Of a DNA stretch of 64,000 bases, positions 18,808-29,653 are shown in pieces. Positions within the stretch are counted from its first letter, which is position 1. The number at the start of each line of letters is the position of its first letter. The stretch is from Chthoniobacterales bacterium. GTDB lineage: Bacteria; Verrucomicrobiota; Verrucomicrobiia; Chthoniobacterales; Chthoniobacteraceae. Position numbers and translations under genes: made by a program. The stretch is taken from assembly GCA_038207335.1 (NCBI GenBank), contig JBBQZX010000011.1, positions 1 through 64,000 of the forward strand, written 5' to 3'. The notes under the pieces were generated by a model. That model ran no database searches and had not been told where the DNA came from. It saw nothing but the letters and a program-made list of their open reading frames with translations.

Positions 18808-21309
18808 TCACTTCACCCGCCACTCGAGGATGCCTCCCGAGTAGCGTTGTTGAAGCTGCGCCTCCAGGCGGAGCGCGGTGGTCTTCACGGCTTTGAAGGT
18901 CGCACGGTTCCACTGATTCTTCGCCGCAGCGTCGGCAGTAAAGTTCTGCAGCGGCTTCCATTCGCCATTGTCCTGGTAAAGCACGCTCCAAGATTCCGGC
19001 ACACGGCATTCACCTTTCCCGGTGTCATCGAACCAATACACATCAGCCTCCGAAACTTCCTTCGCCGCGGGAAAGTCATACTGCACCCATTCCTTTGTCC
19101 CGCGATGATCCCACCACGTCAACCGCGCTCCGTTGCGATCATTCGAAGACTGCGGCTCCACACCATCATCGATCGCGGCGATCGAGTCTCCGGAGTAGCA
19201 ATGCGAAGCGCTCACTTTGTAGAGCGGAGCACGGGGCACCGCTAGAGCCACCCACTGATGAGCCGCAGCGCCCGAGCCGATGACCGGAAACGCCGAAATC
19301 CGAAGCCGTGCCGCTCCCATTGGGATGAGCGTCACCGTCTCCTCCGCTTGAGTTGAAACGACAGGACTATCCTGCAGCACCGCGCAAAGCCCATTGCGAT
19401 CGATCGTCCATTCCGGAATGCGCTTCGCCTTCACAGTCATCGAAATCGGCGCCGCATCCGGCGTGAAAGGAAAGTCATTCGAGGGCCACGTCCCTTGCTT
19501 CACCGAAATGGACTTCGCGAGGTTCTGCTTATCCAACACGAGCCCGTAGTTCCACGGCGTCGTCGGCAGGATTTCAAAAGATGGCCACTTCGATGGATCG
19601 GCACCTTTCTGCCAGCTCGAATCCCCGATCGCCGTCTTCGTGCTGTCATGGCGTTCGTAGTTCTCGCCGATCTTCAGCGAATAAGACAGCGGCCCGTAGC
19701 TCACGCTCACGCTGTCGTGATTCGCCGTCCAGGTTTTCACCGCGACACTCATCGGTAGATGCAGATTCACCGTGTCGCCGCTCTTCCACTCGCGCTCGAT
19801 CCGAACGAACTTCCCAGCCTTCGCCCCTGCTTTCGCGTCTTGACCATTGATCGAAACGACCGCCGCCGCGCACCACGCCGGGATCCGCAGATACAACGGA
19901 AAGGTCACAGGTTTCTCCGCAGTGACTTTGAACTCGATCGTGTCATCGAACGGATAATGAGTCGTCTCGGAAATGCCGACACGCCTGCTATCCGCGACCT
20001 TCACCTGCACTTCATTCGCACTATACATCGCCGCGCAGACTCCGTTGTCCGGAGTCGCCATCCAGAGGTTCTTCGCAAAGTAAGGCCAGCCGTGCGAGTG
20101 ATTGTGCTGGCAGCAGCGCGAGCTGAACGGGTTCATCATCAGGAACGGCCCGTTGTTATCGATCCCCGGCGCGTGGTTCTTGCTATCGCTCACCACCATG
20201 TTCGGAGCCGTGAGATAGCGCAGCGCGTTGAAGTCCGGCATCACCGCCGCGGGATAGGTATTGAAAGCCACTTCTTCACAATGATCGGCCCAGAAAGGAT
20301 CGCCCGTGATTTGCATCAGCATTTCATCCGAAAGCATCTGCTCCACCATCCCGCACGTCTCCACCGCCTGCCGCGGATCACCGTAGCCAGGACGGCAATT
20401 TTCGTCGCCGCCAAACATCCCGCCCGGCACCTGACCGTAACGCTTTCTCACTTCCATGAAATCCGCATACGATGCTTCCAAGTCCGACTTCTTCCCCGAT
20501 TGGAGATAGTATTGCGCCGGCTCGCGGAAGCATTCCGCGATGTTCACGTTGTGCCAGTTCGGCAGATTCCCTTTCATCTCCCAATTCGCGGTGCATCGGT
20601 GAATCTTCTCCGCTACTTTAAGCAGGTCCGCATCGCCGGTCCGATTATAGAGCCAGTAGATCGCCTGAAGGTTGTCGCCGCCGCGCATCTTCTGCCAGTA
20701 ATGCGTCAACATCTCTTTGTCCGGTACCGTGAGCTGATACTTGAAATACTTCGTCATCAACTCCAGCACCCGCGGATCGTTCGCGTGCTCGTAGTAGGAT
20801 TGGAGACAGAACAACATGATCATGTTCGCCCAATAGTCCCGCGTCCCGTCCTCGAACTTTTGATCCGGACCAAAGTCCCCATTCGGCCTCTGGCTCGCCA
20901 GCGCCCCTTCGATCCATGTCTTGCTCTCCGCCATCATTTTCGGATCGTTGAAAATGTATCCCAGCTCGATGTAACCCTTCAGCCAGTAAGGCAGTTCCTC
21001 CCATCCATACTTCCCCTTCCCGTCTTTGCTCAGCCACGCGTTGTCATCCTTTTGCAGCCACGCGCTGATTTCACCAAGATGTCCTGTCAGCCCCGTCCGC
21101 TGCCGAGTCAAAAACTCCCGCAACCATCCCTGCGGCTCAACCGACCCCACTGGCAACATGATGAACTGACTCGGCCGCAACGGTGCCCGATTGCCGATGT
21201 AGTTACTGTTGGCCTTTGAAACATCCGGCCCATCGACCACCTCGACGCTGGCGTGAGACACGGATGCGGCAATGACCGCAAAGCAGGAAATGAGTTGGCT
21301 GAGTTTCAT
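18808..21309 (-). CDS. GH127-like beta-L-arabinofuranosidase with a C-terminal F5/8-type module
   Basis: Signal peptide; ETC and RCCQHN motifs match the HypBA1-type Zn/Cys site; LRIPAW, LHLPM. Confidence 0.85.
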   Translation of the reverse strand: MKLSQLISCFAVIAASVSHASVEVVDGPDVSKANSNYIGNRAPLRPSQFIMLPVGSVEPQGWLREFLTRQRTGLTGHLGEISAWLQKDDNAWLSKDGKGKYGWEELPYWLKGYIELGYIFNDPKMMAESKTWIEGALASQRPNGDFGPDQKFEDGTRDYWANMIMLFCLQSYYEHANDPRVLELMTKYFKYQLTVPDKEMLTHYWQKMRGGDNLQAIYWLYNRTGDADLLKVAEKIHRCTANWEMKGNLPNWHNVNIAECFREPAQYYLQSGKKSDLEASYADFMEVRKRYGQVPGGMFGGDENCRPGYGDPRQAVETCGMVEQMLSDEMLMQITGDPFWADHCEEVAFNTYPAAVMPDFNALRYLTAPNMVVSDSKNHAPGIDNNGPFLMMNPFSSRCCQHNHSHGWPYFAKNLWMATPDNGVCAAMYSANEVQVKVADSRRVGISETTHYPFDDTIEFKVTAEKPVTFPLYLRIPAWCAAAVVSINGQDAKAGAKAGKFVRIEREWKSGDTVNLHLPMSVAVKTWTANHDSVSVSYGPLSYSLKIGENYERHDSTKTAIGDSSWQKGADPSKWPSFEILPTTPWNYGLVLDKQNLAKSISVKQGTWPSNDFPFTPDAAPISMTVKAKRIPEWTIDRNGLCAVLQDSPVVSTQAEETVTLIPMGAARLRISAFPVIGSGAAAHQWVALAVPRAPLYKVSASHCYSGDSIAAIDDGVEPQSSNDRNGARLTWWDHRGTKEWVQYDFPAAKEVSEADVYWFDDTGKGECRVPESWSVLYQDNGEWKPLQNFTADAAAKNQWNRATFKAVKTTALRLEAQLQQRYSGGILEWRVK

Positions 21310-21323
21310 GAGAAAGGACTGAG

Positions 21324-23900
21324 TTACTCCGCCGTCACGATGCCGGCGTCGATGTATTGTCCGCCGCCGGTTTGATGGCAGTGGATGGCCATGACATTGC
21401 TGCCCGGTTTCATAGCGGCGCGGGCGTGCGGCAGGATTGGCAGAAGCTCGTAGCTGCCGTTGAACCCATGTGTCTCCGCCGCCAGTATTCCGTTGATATA
21501 GATTTCAGCGTCTTCGTCGTGGTAGAGCCGAAATTCCAACGTCTTGAAGTCGATGTCCGGCATCGAGAACTCGCGGCGCAGCCAGATGTCCGGCGTGTTC
21601 CATTCGGTACGCACGACTGACCCGGGAGTGATTTGCGTTCCGAACCCGCCCGGCCCGACTTTCCAGTCGTCATCCTTGAAGCCCGGAATCTCCCAGCGCT
21701 CGCCCGGCTTGCTCAAAGTGTAGCGCCAATCCACGGCTGATTTTTGCGAAGTCGGCGCGATCTCTGTGATCTTCGGAGGCTCCGGCATCGCCGCCCATTG
21801 GTAGCTCGGAGACTTGTCCCGGCTCGTCCACTTTTTCCAAATCTCAGGCTGAGCGAGCATCGGGAGGAAGACACCTCCAACGACCGAGCGCGCTTGAAAT
21901 CCCACCTGCTTGGCCTCGCGAGTCTCGTGCCAGTCCGTCATCGGATTGCGCTGCGGCACGGCGTTGAGAAAGTCGTAGGTCGGCCCGACGATTGCCTCGA
22001 AGTCGGAGCGTTCGCCGCTCAAGGTTGCAGTCCAGATGGTCCAGTCGAGTTTCGTGTAGCCTTTCCTACTGTCGAGCGGCAGTCCGTATTGATTCACTTT
22101 CGTGAGGTAGAACGCGGTTTCCTGCCGCATGACTTCCGCCGGGAAGATGTTCAGGCCGAGGATGCGATCCCACGCCAGATTGTATTTCTGGCTCCAAGTC
22201 CCCGGCTTGTCGAAAGCGAGCCGGGAATGATCGCCGTCCTTTGCCTCGCGCGCCCAGCGCTCGGCGAGCGCGTGGGCGACTGTGCTCACGCGCATCGCCT
22301 CGGCTTTCTCGCCGCGCATCCCGCACAAGATCGAGTAGGCTCCGAGCGCCTCGATCGCTTTTGCGGAAAGGTTGACGTTGTGCGCGAGATGGCCCGCGAA
22401 GTCATCGGTGCAAAGCTGGTTCTCAGGATCGAATCCTTTACTTTCGAGATACTTCGCCCACTTGGAAATCTCCGGCCAAAACGGTTCGCAGAACTTCGCA
22501 TCTCCATCGATCTTTGCTAGTGCGCCGAGCAGGATGAGCAGGTTGCCGGTTTCTTCGACGGGCATCTGATTCTCCTCCGTCCGCTCGCCGCCGCCATAGA
22601 CCTGTCCATCGGCGCGCGGATAAGTCCCGAGGTCATGCGGAGCGAAGGGAAACTTCCAGCGCGGAGACGCGGAGTATTCGAGGAGCGGCATCAGTGAAGC
22701 CTTTGCGAGAGTCGGGCTGAAAAGGAGCAACTGCGGCGCGGCGGGATACAGCACATCGACGGTGCCGATGCAGCCGTTGGAGAAGTTCTCTTTTGAGAAC
22801 ATCAGAGGCGCGCCATTCGTGTCGGCGACGATCTTGTTAGCAGCCAGCGCCTGCCGGTGTGCCAGTGCGGCGATGCGCGCATATTTCACGCCGCCAACCT
22901 TTTCCAAGTCCGCCATGAGTTCCGTGTCAAAGGCCGCGCAGCGTTTGACTAGCTCTGGAAAATCACGCTCGGCGGCTTCTAAGAGCTTTGCCGCGTCCAT
23001 GCCATCGCGCCGCCAGAAGGGGCGCAGCTTGCGGCCCATGTAGGTCAGCGAAAACTCGTCGTCGTAGGCCAGCATCGCCATGCGCGTGACGGGCGTCGCG
23101 AAGACTTTGCCGAAGTCGAAGCTCAGTGCGGCGACCGGGTTGGCATCCTTTGCCGGACGCGGTTTGCGGGTGTCGTCTGTCTCCGGCAGCTTGCCGGTTT
23201 TCATCCACGGGTCCATCGCGACGCCGCGAGTTGCGAAGACGCTTTGCGTGACACTCGACTTCGACGCCGCGAGGTAGAGGTGGCCCCAGTCGATGCGGAG
23301 ATTGTCGCCTTTCTTTGCCAGAACGGGCTGCTCTTTCGACCCGAAGCTCAGCACCGTGAGATCACCGGCACGCACGCGACCCCAATCGATCATTTGCGCG
23401 CTTTCATTCACGGCGATTTCACCGCTCGCATCGAGATAGAGTTGCACGGCGTGCGCGGCACCGTCGGCGGACCTTACATCAAAGGTCAGATAGGTGACCG
23501 GACGCGAAGCGATGTCGATGTCAGCAGGCAGCGCGGGGGTCGTAAAAGTCAGCGTGACGGCGACTTTTGCGTTTTGGAACTCGTAGATCGTGCGGGTCGG
23601 CAGGACGGTGACTCTCGTCTGCGGCAGAGGCTTGCTTTCCGGCGGCTCGTCGCCCATGAGTCGGAACGCTTCGCCATCGATGCGGATGAGGCTGTTGATC
23701 GCCTGCGGCTTGCCGGTCCAATGCGCGGTATTCGTGGCATTGAGCTCACTAGCCGGCGACCAGATGGAGAAGTATGGATCGTGGGTGACCAATGGCACGG
23801 AGGGCGGTCGCAGGGGCGCGATAGAATCCGCCGCGCGACTTGGAGCGAGCAACGCAGCACTGGACAGAGCGACGGTGAGGAATAGGGATTTGAGATTCAT
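21324..23900 (-). CDS. GtaA 'glutaminase'-like protein (DUF5127/DUF4965/DUF1793 type), secreted, with a C-terminal jelly-roll domain
   Basis: RPPSVPLVTHDPYFSIWS, FSKENFSNGCIGTVDV, PHDLGTYP, MPVEETGN, QLCTDDFAG, WSQKYNL, FQARSVVGG. Confidence 0.85.
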   Translation of the reverse strand: MNLKSLFLTVALSSAALLAPSRAADSIAPLRPPSVPLVTHDPYFSIWSPASELNATNTAHWTGKPQAINSLIRIDGEAFRLMGDEPPESKPLPQTRVTVLPTRTIYEFQNAKVAVTLTFTTPALPADIDIASRPVTYLTFDVRSADGAAHAVQLYLDASGEIAVNESAQMIDWGRVRAGDLTVLSFGSKEQPVLAKKGDNLRIDWGHLYLAASKSSVTQSVFATRGVAMDPWMKTGKLPETDDTRKPRPAKDANPVAALSFDFGKVFATPVTRMAMLAYDDEFSLTYMGRKLRPFWRRDGMDAAKLLEAAERDFPELVKRCAAFDTELMADLEKVGGVKYARIAALAHRQALAANKIVADTNGAPLMFSKENFSNGCIGTVDVLYPAAPQLLLFSPTLAKASLMPLLEYSASPRWKFPFAPHDLGTYPRADGQVYGGGERTEENQMPVEETGNLLILLGALAKIDGDAKFCEPFWPEISKWAKYLESKGFDPENQLCTDDFAGHLAHNVNLSAKAIEALGAYSILCGMRGEKAEAMRVSTVAHALAERWAREAKDGDHSRLAFDKPGTWSQKYNLAWDRILGLNIFPAEVMRQETAFYLTKVNQYGLPLDSRKGYTKLDWTIWTATLSGERSDFEAIVGPTYDFLNAVPQRNPMTDWHETREAKQVGFQARSVVGGVFLPMLAQPEIWKKWTSRDKSPSYQWAAMPEPPKITEIAPTSQKSAVDWRYTLSKPGERWEIPGFKDDDWKVGPGGFGTQITPGSVVRTEWNTPDIWLRREFSMPDIDFKTLEFRLYHDEDAEIYINGILAAETHGFNGSYELLPILPHARAAMKPGSNVMAIHCHQTGGGQYIDAGIVTAE

Positions 23901-23918
23901 GGGGATGAGTCAGTTGAG

Positions 23919-26147
23919 TCACTTGGCCTTTACGATGCCGACATCGATGAATTGACCGCCGCGGGTTTGTTTGCAGTGGACGGCTAGGACGTTGTTGCCG
24001 GGTTTGAGTGCGGCGCGGTCTTCGGCGTTCATCGGGAGCTGTTGGTAGCTCGAGATGTAGCCTTTCGCGGATGCGGCTAGGACGCCGTTGACGTAGATTT
24101 CCACGTCTTCATCGTGGAAGCATTCAAAGGCCAGTTGTGCCGGTAAGTTTGCCGGCAGAGTGACGTTACGGCGAAGCCAGATGTCGTTGGTGTTCCAGAG
24201 TGTGTGGACGGGGCCGGCGTCGTGGCCAAAACCGGACTTGCCGGTTTTCCAGTCGGCGCTGTTGAAGGTGGGCTTCATCCAGTCGTCGGCGGGTTTGTCG
24301 GTGGTGTAGCTCCAGGTTTGGGGCTCTTCCGTCGCGGTCGGCACGATTGCTGGGTTTGGGTTTGGCGGGAGCGGGAGGAACTTGCCTTGGTTCGCGGCGG
24401 AGACGATTGGCAAGTCGGCTTTCATCACTTCGCGATCGTAGGTCAGGAGGCCATTGATCTCCTGCTCCACGTCGGTGATTTGGGTATAGACCGCCGCGCT
24501 CATTCCGCGGTCGTCGCGGAGTTTATAGACTGTTTTGAAAAGCTCCTGGTAGCGGCGCGTGACGAGCCAGTTGCTTTGCAGGACTGACCCGTAGCCAAAG
24601 ACATCGTTGTTCCAGCGGTGGGCATCGACGCTCATCGTGATACCGCCGAACTCGCCATCGACCGAGGCGCGGTCGGGCTCGGGGAGTTCGCACCACGGCT
24701 CGGGATAGTGATGGGTATCGTGAATGTCGCCGGCATTTTTGTCGGTCCAGCCACTGGCGTTGTTCACGAGGCGGGTCGGGTCGAGTTCTTTGGTGAGAGC
24801 TACGATTTTCGGCGTGTCGTATTGGCCCCAGCCTTCATTGAAAGTCGTCCATACAATGATGGAGGGATGGTTGTAGAACTGCTCGATTTCGGCCTTCCAT
24901 TCCTTCTCGAACTGCTTCTTGGCTTCGTCACTCAGAGCGCCGTCTTTTCCTCCGAACATCTGCGGCATGTCCTGCCAGACGAGCAGGCCGAGCTTGTCGG
25001 TCCAGTAATACCAGCGGTCGGGTTCGACCTTTGCGTGCTTGCGGGTCATATTGAAGCCGAGTTTCTTGGTGATCTCGATGTCGTAGCGGAGGGCTTCGTC
25101 GGTCGGGGCTGTGTAGATGCCGTCGGGCCAGTAGCCTTGGTCGAGCGGACCGACCTCGAAGAGAAACTTGTTGTTGAGGAACATCCGGTTTCGGCCTTGT
25201 TCGTCTTTACCGAGCGCGATCTTTCGCATGGCAAAGTAGCTCTGCACTGTGTCCACGGGCTTGTCGTCTTGGACTAGGGAGACTTGCAGGTCGTAAAGGT
25301 GTGGATCGTCAGGTGTCCATGGGTGTGGCGTAGGGATAGGAAGCGTGATGTCGGCATCGGCGGCGGCTGTGGCTGTGGCGATGACTTTGCCTTTGTCGAG
25401 CGCGGTAACTGCAACCTTTGAAACAGCGCTGGCTCTTACCCGGAGGTGGAGGGAGTTAGCGTCGAGGTCGGGTGTGATCTTTAGCTCGGTGATGTGGGCG
25501 ACGGGGACGGGCTCGAGCCAGACGGTTTGCCAGATGCCGGTTGCGCCGGTGTAGAAGATGCCGCCGGGCTTGACGCGTTGCTTGCCGAGGACTTGGGCGT
25601 TGTCCTGGTCGGCGCGCAGGGGGTTCCATGTGGAGACTGTGAGTTCGTTTGTGCCGGGCTGTAGGGCGTCGGTGATGTCGAAGTCGAACGCAGTGTAGCC
25701 GCCGCGGTGTATGCCGATGGATTTGCCGTTGAGGGTGATGGCGCTCTCATAGTTCACCGCGCCGAAGTGAAGGATGACGTGTTCGTCCTTCCATGAGGCG
25801 GGGAGGGTGAAGGTGCGGCGATACCAGAGGCGCTCGTTTGGAATGCTCGGTTTGCCGACGCCCGAGAGTGCGGATTCGTAACAGAAAGGGACGAGGATTT
25901 TCGCGCTGAAATCGGACGGCGCGGTGGCGGAGGAGTCGGTGAGTGAGTAGTCCCAGAGGCCGTTAAGATTCAGCCAGTCTTTGCGGACCATTTGTGGGCG
26001 CGGGTATTCGGAGAGGGCTTTGTCGGGGGTAACGTCGTTGGCCCACTTGGTCATCAAGGGAGCCTTGGCGGGTGCCCATTTTTCCTCGGCTAAAAGTGAA
26101 GCTAGAAGGGTCACGGAAGCAGCTAGGAAGATGACGGGCTTTTTCAT
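23919..26147 (-). CDS. Glycoside hydrolase family 2, secreted
   Basis: EYPRPQMVR..WLNLNGLW, LHFGAV, GIWQTVWLE, LDQGYWPDG, NHPSIIVWTTFNEGWG, GEFGG; start at MKKPVIF. Confidence 0.92.
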   Translation of the reverse strand: MKKPVIFLAASVTLLASLLAEEKWAPAKAPLMTKWANDVTPDKALSEYPRPQMVRKDWLNLNGLWDYSLTDSSATAPSDFSAKILVPFCYESALSGVGKPSIPNERLWYRRTFTLPASWKDEHVILHFGAVNYESAITLNGKSIGIHRGGYTAFDFDITDALQPGTNELTVSTWNPLRADQDNAQVLGKQRVKPGGIFYTGATGIWQTVWLEPVPVAHITELKITPDLDANSLHLRVRASAVSKVAVTALDKGKVIATATAAADADITLPIPTPHPWTPDDPHLYDLQVSLVQDDKPVDTVQSYFAMRKIALGKDEQGRNRMFLNNKFLFEVGPLDQGYWPDGIYTAPTDEALRYDIEITKKLGFNMTRKHAKVEPDRWYYWTDKLGLLVWQDMPQMFGGKDGALSDEAKKQFEKEWKAEIEQFYNHPSIIVWTTFNEGWGQYDTPKIVALTKELDPTRLVNNASGWTDKNAGDIHDTHHYPEPWCELPEPDRASVDGEFGGITMSVDAHRWNNDVFGYGSVLQSNWLVTRRYQELFKTVYKLRDDRGMSAAVYTQITDVEQEINGLLTYDREVMKADLPIVSAANQGKFLPLPPNPNPAIVPTATEEPQTWSYTTDKPADDWMKPTFNSADWKTGKSGFGHDAGPVHTLWNTNDIWLRRNVTLPANLPAQLAFECFHDEDVEIYVNGVLAASAKGYISSYQQLPMNAEDRAALKPGNNVLAVHCKQTRGGQFIDVGIVKAK

Positions 26148-26160
26148 GAGTTGGCGGAAG

Positions 26161-27120
26161 TTACGAGTGGCGGGCTTTGCCTCGGGTGAGGGAGCGCTGG
26201 AGGAGGATGAAGACGAGGAGGAGGGTGCCGACGGCGATGCGGAGCCACCAGGAGTTGAGGCGGCCATCGAAGATGAGAGCGGACTGGATAGTGCCGAAGA
26301 TGAGGACGCCCAGAAGCGTTCCCGCGATGAAGCCGACGCCGCCAGTGAGGAGGGTGCCGCCGATGACGACGGCGGCGATGGCGTCAAGTTCGAGGCCGGT
26401 GCCGGTGGCGGGGTTGCCGGAGCCGGTGTAGAGCGTGGCGACGACGCCGGCGAGGGCGGCGCAAGCGCCGCTGACGGCATAGACGGCGGGGCGGGTGCGG
26501 GAGACGGGGAGGCCCATGAGGCGGGCGGATTCGGGGTTGCCGCCGAGGGCGTAGATATTGCGCCCGAACTCGGTGAAATGGGCGACGAAGAAGGCGATGG
26601 CGAAGACGAGGAGGAGGATGATCGCGACAGCGGAGAGCGAGGCTTTTCCACCGAGTGGGATGCTGGCGGATTGGACGGCGGTGTAGAACGGGTGCGCGAT
26701 GCCGACGGACTGCATATTCACGACAAACGAAAGGCCGCGGGCGAAGAACATGCCGCCGAGGGTGACGAGAAATGCGGGCAGCTCGTAGCGCTGGATGAGG
26801 CCACCCTGCGCCCAGCCGAAAAGCGCGCCGATCAAGGTGGCGAGGACGGCGGCGAGGAGTGGATGGATGTGATTTTTACCGACCAAAGTAGCGATGAGTA
26901 CGGTGGTGAACGCGACGACGGAGCCGACGCTGAGGTCGATGCCGCCGGAGAGGATGACGGCGGTCATACCGACAGCGGCAATGCCGAGGACGGCGTTGTC
27001 GGAGAAGAGATTCGCGACGACGCGGAGGCTGGCAAAGCCGTCGTACATGAGTGACGCCGCGGCGAAGAGGGCGATGAGAACGCCCGCGGTGGCGAGGAGG
27101 GGGATGAATTTGCGATCCAT
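26161..27120 (-). CDS. Sugar ABC permease, YjfF-like
   Basis: GGIDLSVGSV, LGGMFFARG, FGRNIYALGGN, ELDAIAAVVIGGT. Confidence 0.92.
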   Translation of the reverse strand: MDRKFIPLLATAGVLIALFAAASLMYDGFASLRVVANLFSDNAVLGIAAVGMTAVILSGGIDLSVGSVVAFTTVLIATLVGKNHIHPLLAAVLATLIGALFGWAQGGLIQRYELPAFLVTLGGMFFARGLSFVVNMQSVGIAHPFYTAVQSASIPLGGKASLSAVAIILLLVFAIAFFVAHFTEFGRNIYALGGNPESARLMGLPVSRTRPAVYAVSGACAALAGVVATLYTGSGNPATGTGLELDAIAAVVIGGTLLTGGVGFIAGTLLGVLIFGTIQSALIFDGRLNSWWLRIAVGTLLLVFILLQRSLTRGKARHS

Positions 27121-27123
27121 CGG

Positions 27124-28149
27124 CTAGGCGGTCGCCCGGCGCGAAAAAAGGCCGGTCATTTGTTTGCGGAAGGCGGGGGACTGGAGGAGGCAGGCCAAGA
27201 CGATGACAATGGCTTTGGGGACGGGGGCGATGGCGGGAGGCATGCCGAGGTTGTACATCGTGGTCGTGAGGGTCTGGATGAGGAGCGCGCCAATGATGGA
27301 GCCGAGGAGTGTGAAGCGGCCCCCGGTGAGCGCGGTGCCGCCGACGACGACGGCGAAGATGGCGTCGAGCTCCATGAGCTCGCCGACGCGGGAGGAGTCG
27401 GCGGCTTTGATATTTGAGGTGGCGATGAGGCCGGCGAGCGCGGCGCAGGCGCCGGAGAACGAATAGACAAGCACTTTCACGAGCCGGACGGGTGCGCCGC
27501 AGAAGCGGCTGGCCGTTTCGTTGTCGCCGGCGGCTTCGATAAAAAGGCCGATGGCGGTGCGGCGCGTGAGGAGCGCGGTGAGGGCGAACACGATCACGAC
27601 GAGCGTGACGGTGAAGGGCAGGCCGAGGAAGTGGCCGTTCCCAAAATAGACGAACGCGGGCGTCTCGAAGGTGACGATTTGGCCGCCGGTGATGAGCATG
27701 GCGATGCCGCGGCCGACGACCATGAGGATGAGTGTGGCGATGATCGGCTGGACGCGGAGAAAGGTAACGAGCACGCCATTCCACGCGCCGAGCAATGCGC
27801 CGGCGATCAAGCACAGGACGAGCGCGGCGGCGAATGGCAGTCCGGCGCTGACCACGAGCACGGCGGCGAGCGCGCCTGCGATGGCCATGACGGAGCCGAC
27901 GGACAAATCGACGCCGCCCGTGGCGATGACGAGGGTCATGCCGAGCGAGAGCAGCATGGCTTTGGAGCCTTGGTTGAGAATATCGACGAAGGTGCCGTAG
28001 AGGTGGCCGTCCTGGACGACGAGGCGGTAGAAGCTGGGCTGCCAGACGAGGTTGAAAAGTAGCAGCGCGGCGAGCGAGAGCAGCGGCCAGATGAGGGCGC
28101 TACCGAGGAGCGACGGACGCGAGTTTCCCGGAGAATCAGGAGTCGCCAT
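27124..28149 (-). CDS. Sugar ABC permease, YtfT-like
   Basis: GMTLVIATGGVDLSVG, QPIIATLILMV.GRG, ELDAIFAVVVGGT. Confidence 0.92.
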   Translation of the reverse strand: MATPDSPGNSRPSLLGSALIWPLLSLAALLLFNLVWQPSFYRLVVQDGHLYGTFVDILNQGSKAMLLSLGMTLVIATGGVDLSVGSVMAIAGALAAVLVVSAGLPFAAALVLCLIAGALLGAWNGVLVTFLRVQPIIATLILMVVGRGIAMLITGGQIVTFETPAFVYFGNGHFLGLPFTVTLVVIVFALTALLTRRTAIGLFIEAAGDNETASRFCGAPVRLVKVLVYSFSGACAALAGLIATSNIKAADSSRVGELMELDAIFAVVVGGTALTGGRFTLLGSIIGALLIQTLTTTMYNLGMPPAIAPVPKAIVIVLACLLQSPAFRKQMTGLFSRRATA

Positions 28150-29653
28150 GAGACGAGCTGGGGGCAGCGATCATGTTGAGGACGCGGTTTTCGTCGAAGG
28201 AGCCGTCGAGCTCGCCGATCTTTTTGCGGTCGCGCAGGACGACGACGCGGCTGCTGACGCGGACGACTTCCTCGAGCTCGGAGGAGATGAAAAGGACGGC
28301 CATTCCCTTTTCGCGGAGGGAGGCGATAAGCTTTTCGATCTCGGCTTTTGCGCCGACGTCGATGCCGCGCGTGGGCTCGTCGAGGATGATGAGCGCGGGC
28401 TGCATGGCGAGCCAGCGGGCGAGGAGGACTTTTTGCTGGTTGCCGCCGGAGAGGTTGCGGATGGGGGTCTCGGGGCCGGGGGTTTTGATGTTGAGCGCGG
28501 CGATGTAGTGGTCGGCGATGCGGGTTTGCTCCGCGCGCGGGATTCGGCGGAGCGGGCCGCGGCTGGCCTGCATGGCGAAGAGGAGGTTTTCGCGGACGGA
28601 AAGGTGCGGGAGGATGCCTTCGCTTTTGCGGTCTTCGGAGCAGAAGGCGAAGCCGCGGCGGATGGCTTCGGCGGGGGTGCGAAGCGGGGCGGGTTCGCCG
28701 CTGACGCGGAGGTCGCCGGTGTCGTGGGGATCGACGCCGAAGAGCATTCGCGCGGTCTCGGTGCGCCCGGAACCGAGGAGGCCGGCGAGGCCGAGAACTT
28801 CGCCGGGAGCGATGGTGAAATCGACGGGGCCGACGACGCCGCGGAGCCCGAGGTCGCGGGCTTCGACGAGCTTCGGGTGAGCGGTGGGCCGTTCGTCCGG
28901 CGGGGCGTGATGTGCGGCTTGGGCGGCTTCGACTTTGCGGCCGAGCATTTGGCCGAGAAGCTCGAGGCGCGGGAGGTCGGCGGTCATGGATTCGGCGATG
29001 AATTGGCCGTTTCTCAGGACGGTGAGCCGGTCGGTGAGGGCGTAGATTTGGTCGAGAAAGTGGGAGACGAAGAGGATGGCGAGGCCGTCGTCGCGGAGTT
29101 TGCGGAGGACTTTGAAAAGAGCTTCGACTTCCTCGGCATCGAGCGAGGAGGTGGGCTCGTCGAGCACCAGCAGTTCGCACCGCACATCGAGCGCGCGGGC
29201 GATGGCGATCATTTGCTGGATGGCGATGGAGCACCCGCTCAGCTCGCGCGACACATCGAGGTCGAGGCCTAGGCGCTGCGTGGCGCGGCGGGCTTGCTCG
29301 CGGGCTGCGCGCCACTGGATGACGCCCCATTTTCGCGGCAAGCGGCCGAGCATGACATTCTCCGCAATGGAGAGCGTCGGGATGAGATTAACCTCCTGAT
29401 AGACGGTGGAAATGCCGATAGCCTCGGCGTCTTTCGGGGACTTGGGATGGATCTCGCGACCGTCGAAAGTGATCGAGCCTTCGTCGCGCTTATAGACGCC
29501 GGTGATGAGCTTGATCATCGTCGATTTGCCCGCGCCGTTCTCGCCCATGAGCGCGTGGATTTCGCCGCGGTAGAGGTCGAGTTGCACTCCGGCGAGAGCC
29601 TTCACACCGGGGAAGGACTTCGAGACCTGACGCGCGGAGAGCAGCAGGTTCAT
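28136..29653 (-). CDS. Sugar ABC ATP-binding protein with two NBDs, YtfR-like
   Basis: GENGAGKST, LDEPT, LSGGNQQKV, DEPTRGIDVGAK. Confidence 0.95.
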   Translation of the reverse strand: MNLLLSARQVSKSFPGVKALAGVQLDLYRGEIHALMGENGAGKSTMIKLITGVYKRDEGSITFDGREIHPKSPKDAEAIGISTVYQEVNLIPTLSIAENVMLGRLPRKWGVIQWRAAREQARRATQRLGLDLDVSRELSGCSIAIQQMIAIARALDVRCELLVLDEPTSSLDAEEVEALFKVLRKLRDDGLAILFVSHFLDQIYALTDRLTVLRNGQFIAESMTADLPRLELLGQMLGRKVEAAQAAHHAPPDERPTAHPKLVEARDLGLRGVVGPVDFTIAPGEVLGLAGLLGSGRTETARMLFGVDPHDTGDLRVSGEPAPLRTPAEAIRRGFAFCSEDRKSEGILPHLSVRENLLFAMQASRGPLRRIPRAEQTRIADHYIAALNIKTPGPETPIRNLSGGNQQKVLLARWLAMQPALIILDEPTRGIDVGAKAEIEKLIASLREKGMAVLFISSELEEVVRVSSRVVVLRDRKKIGELDGSFDENRVLNMIAAPSSSHGDS

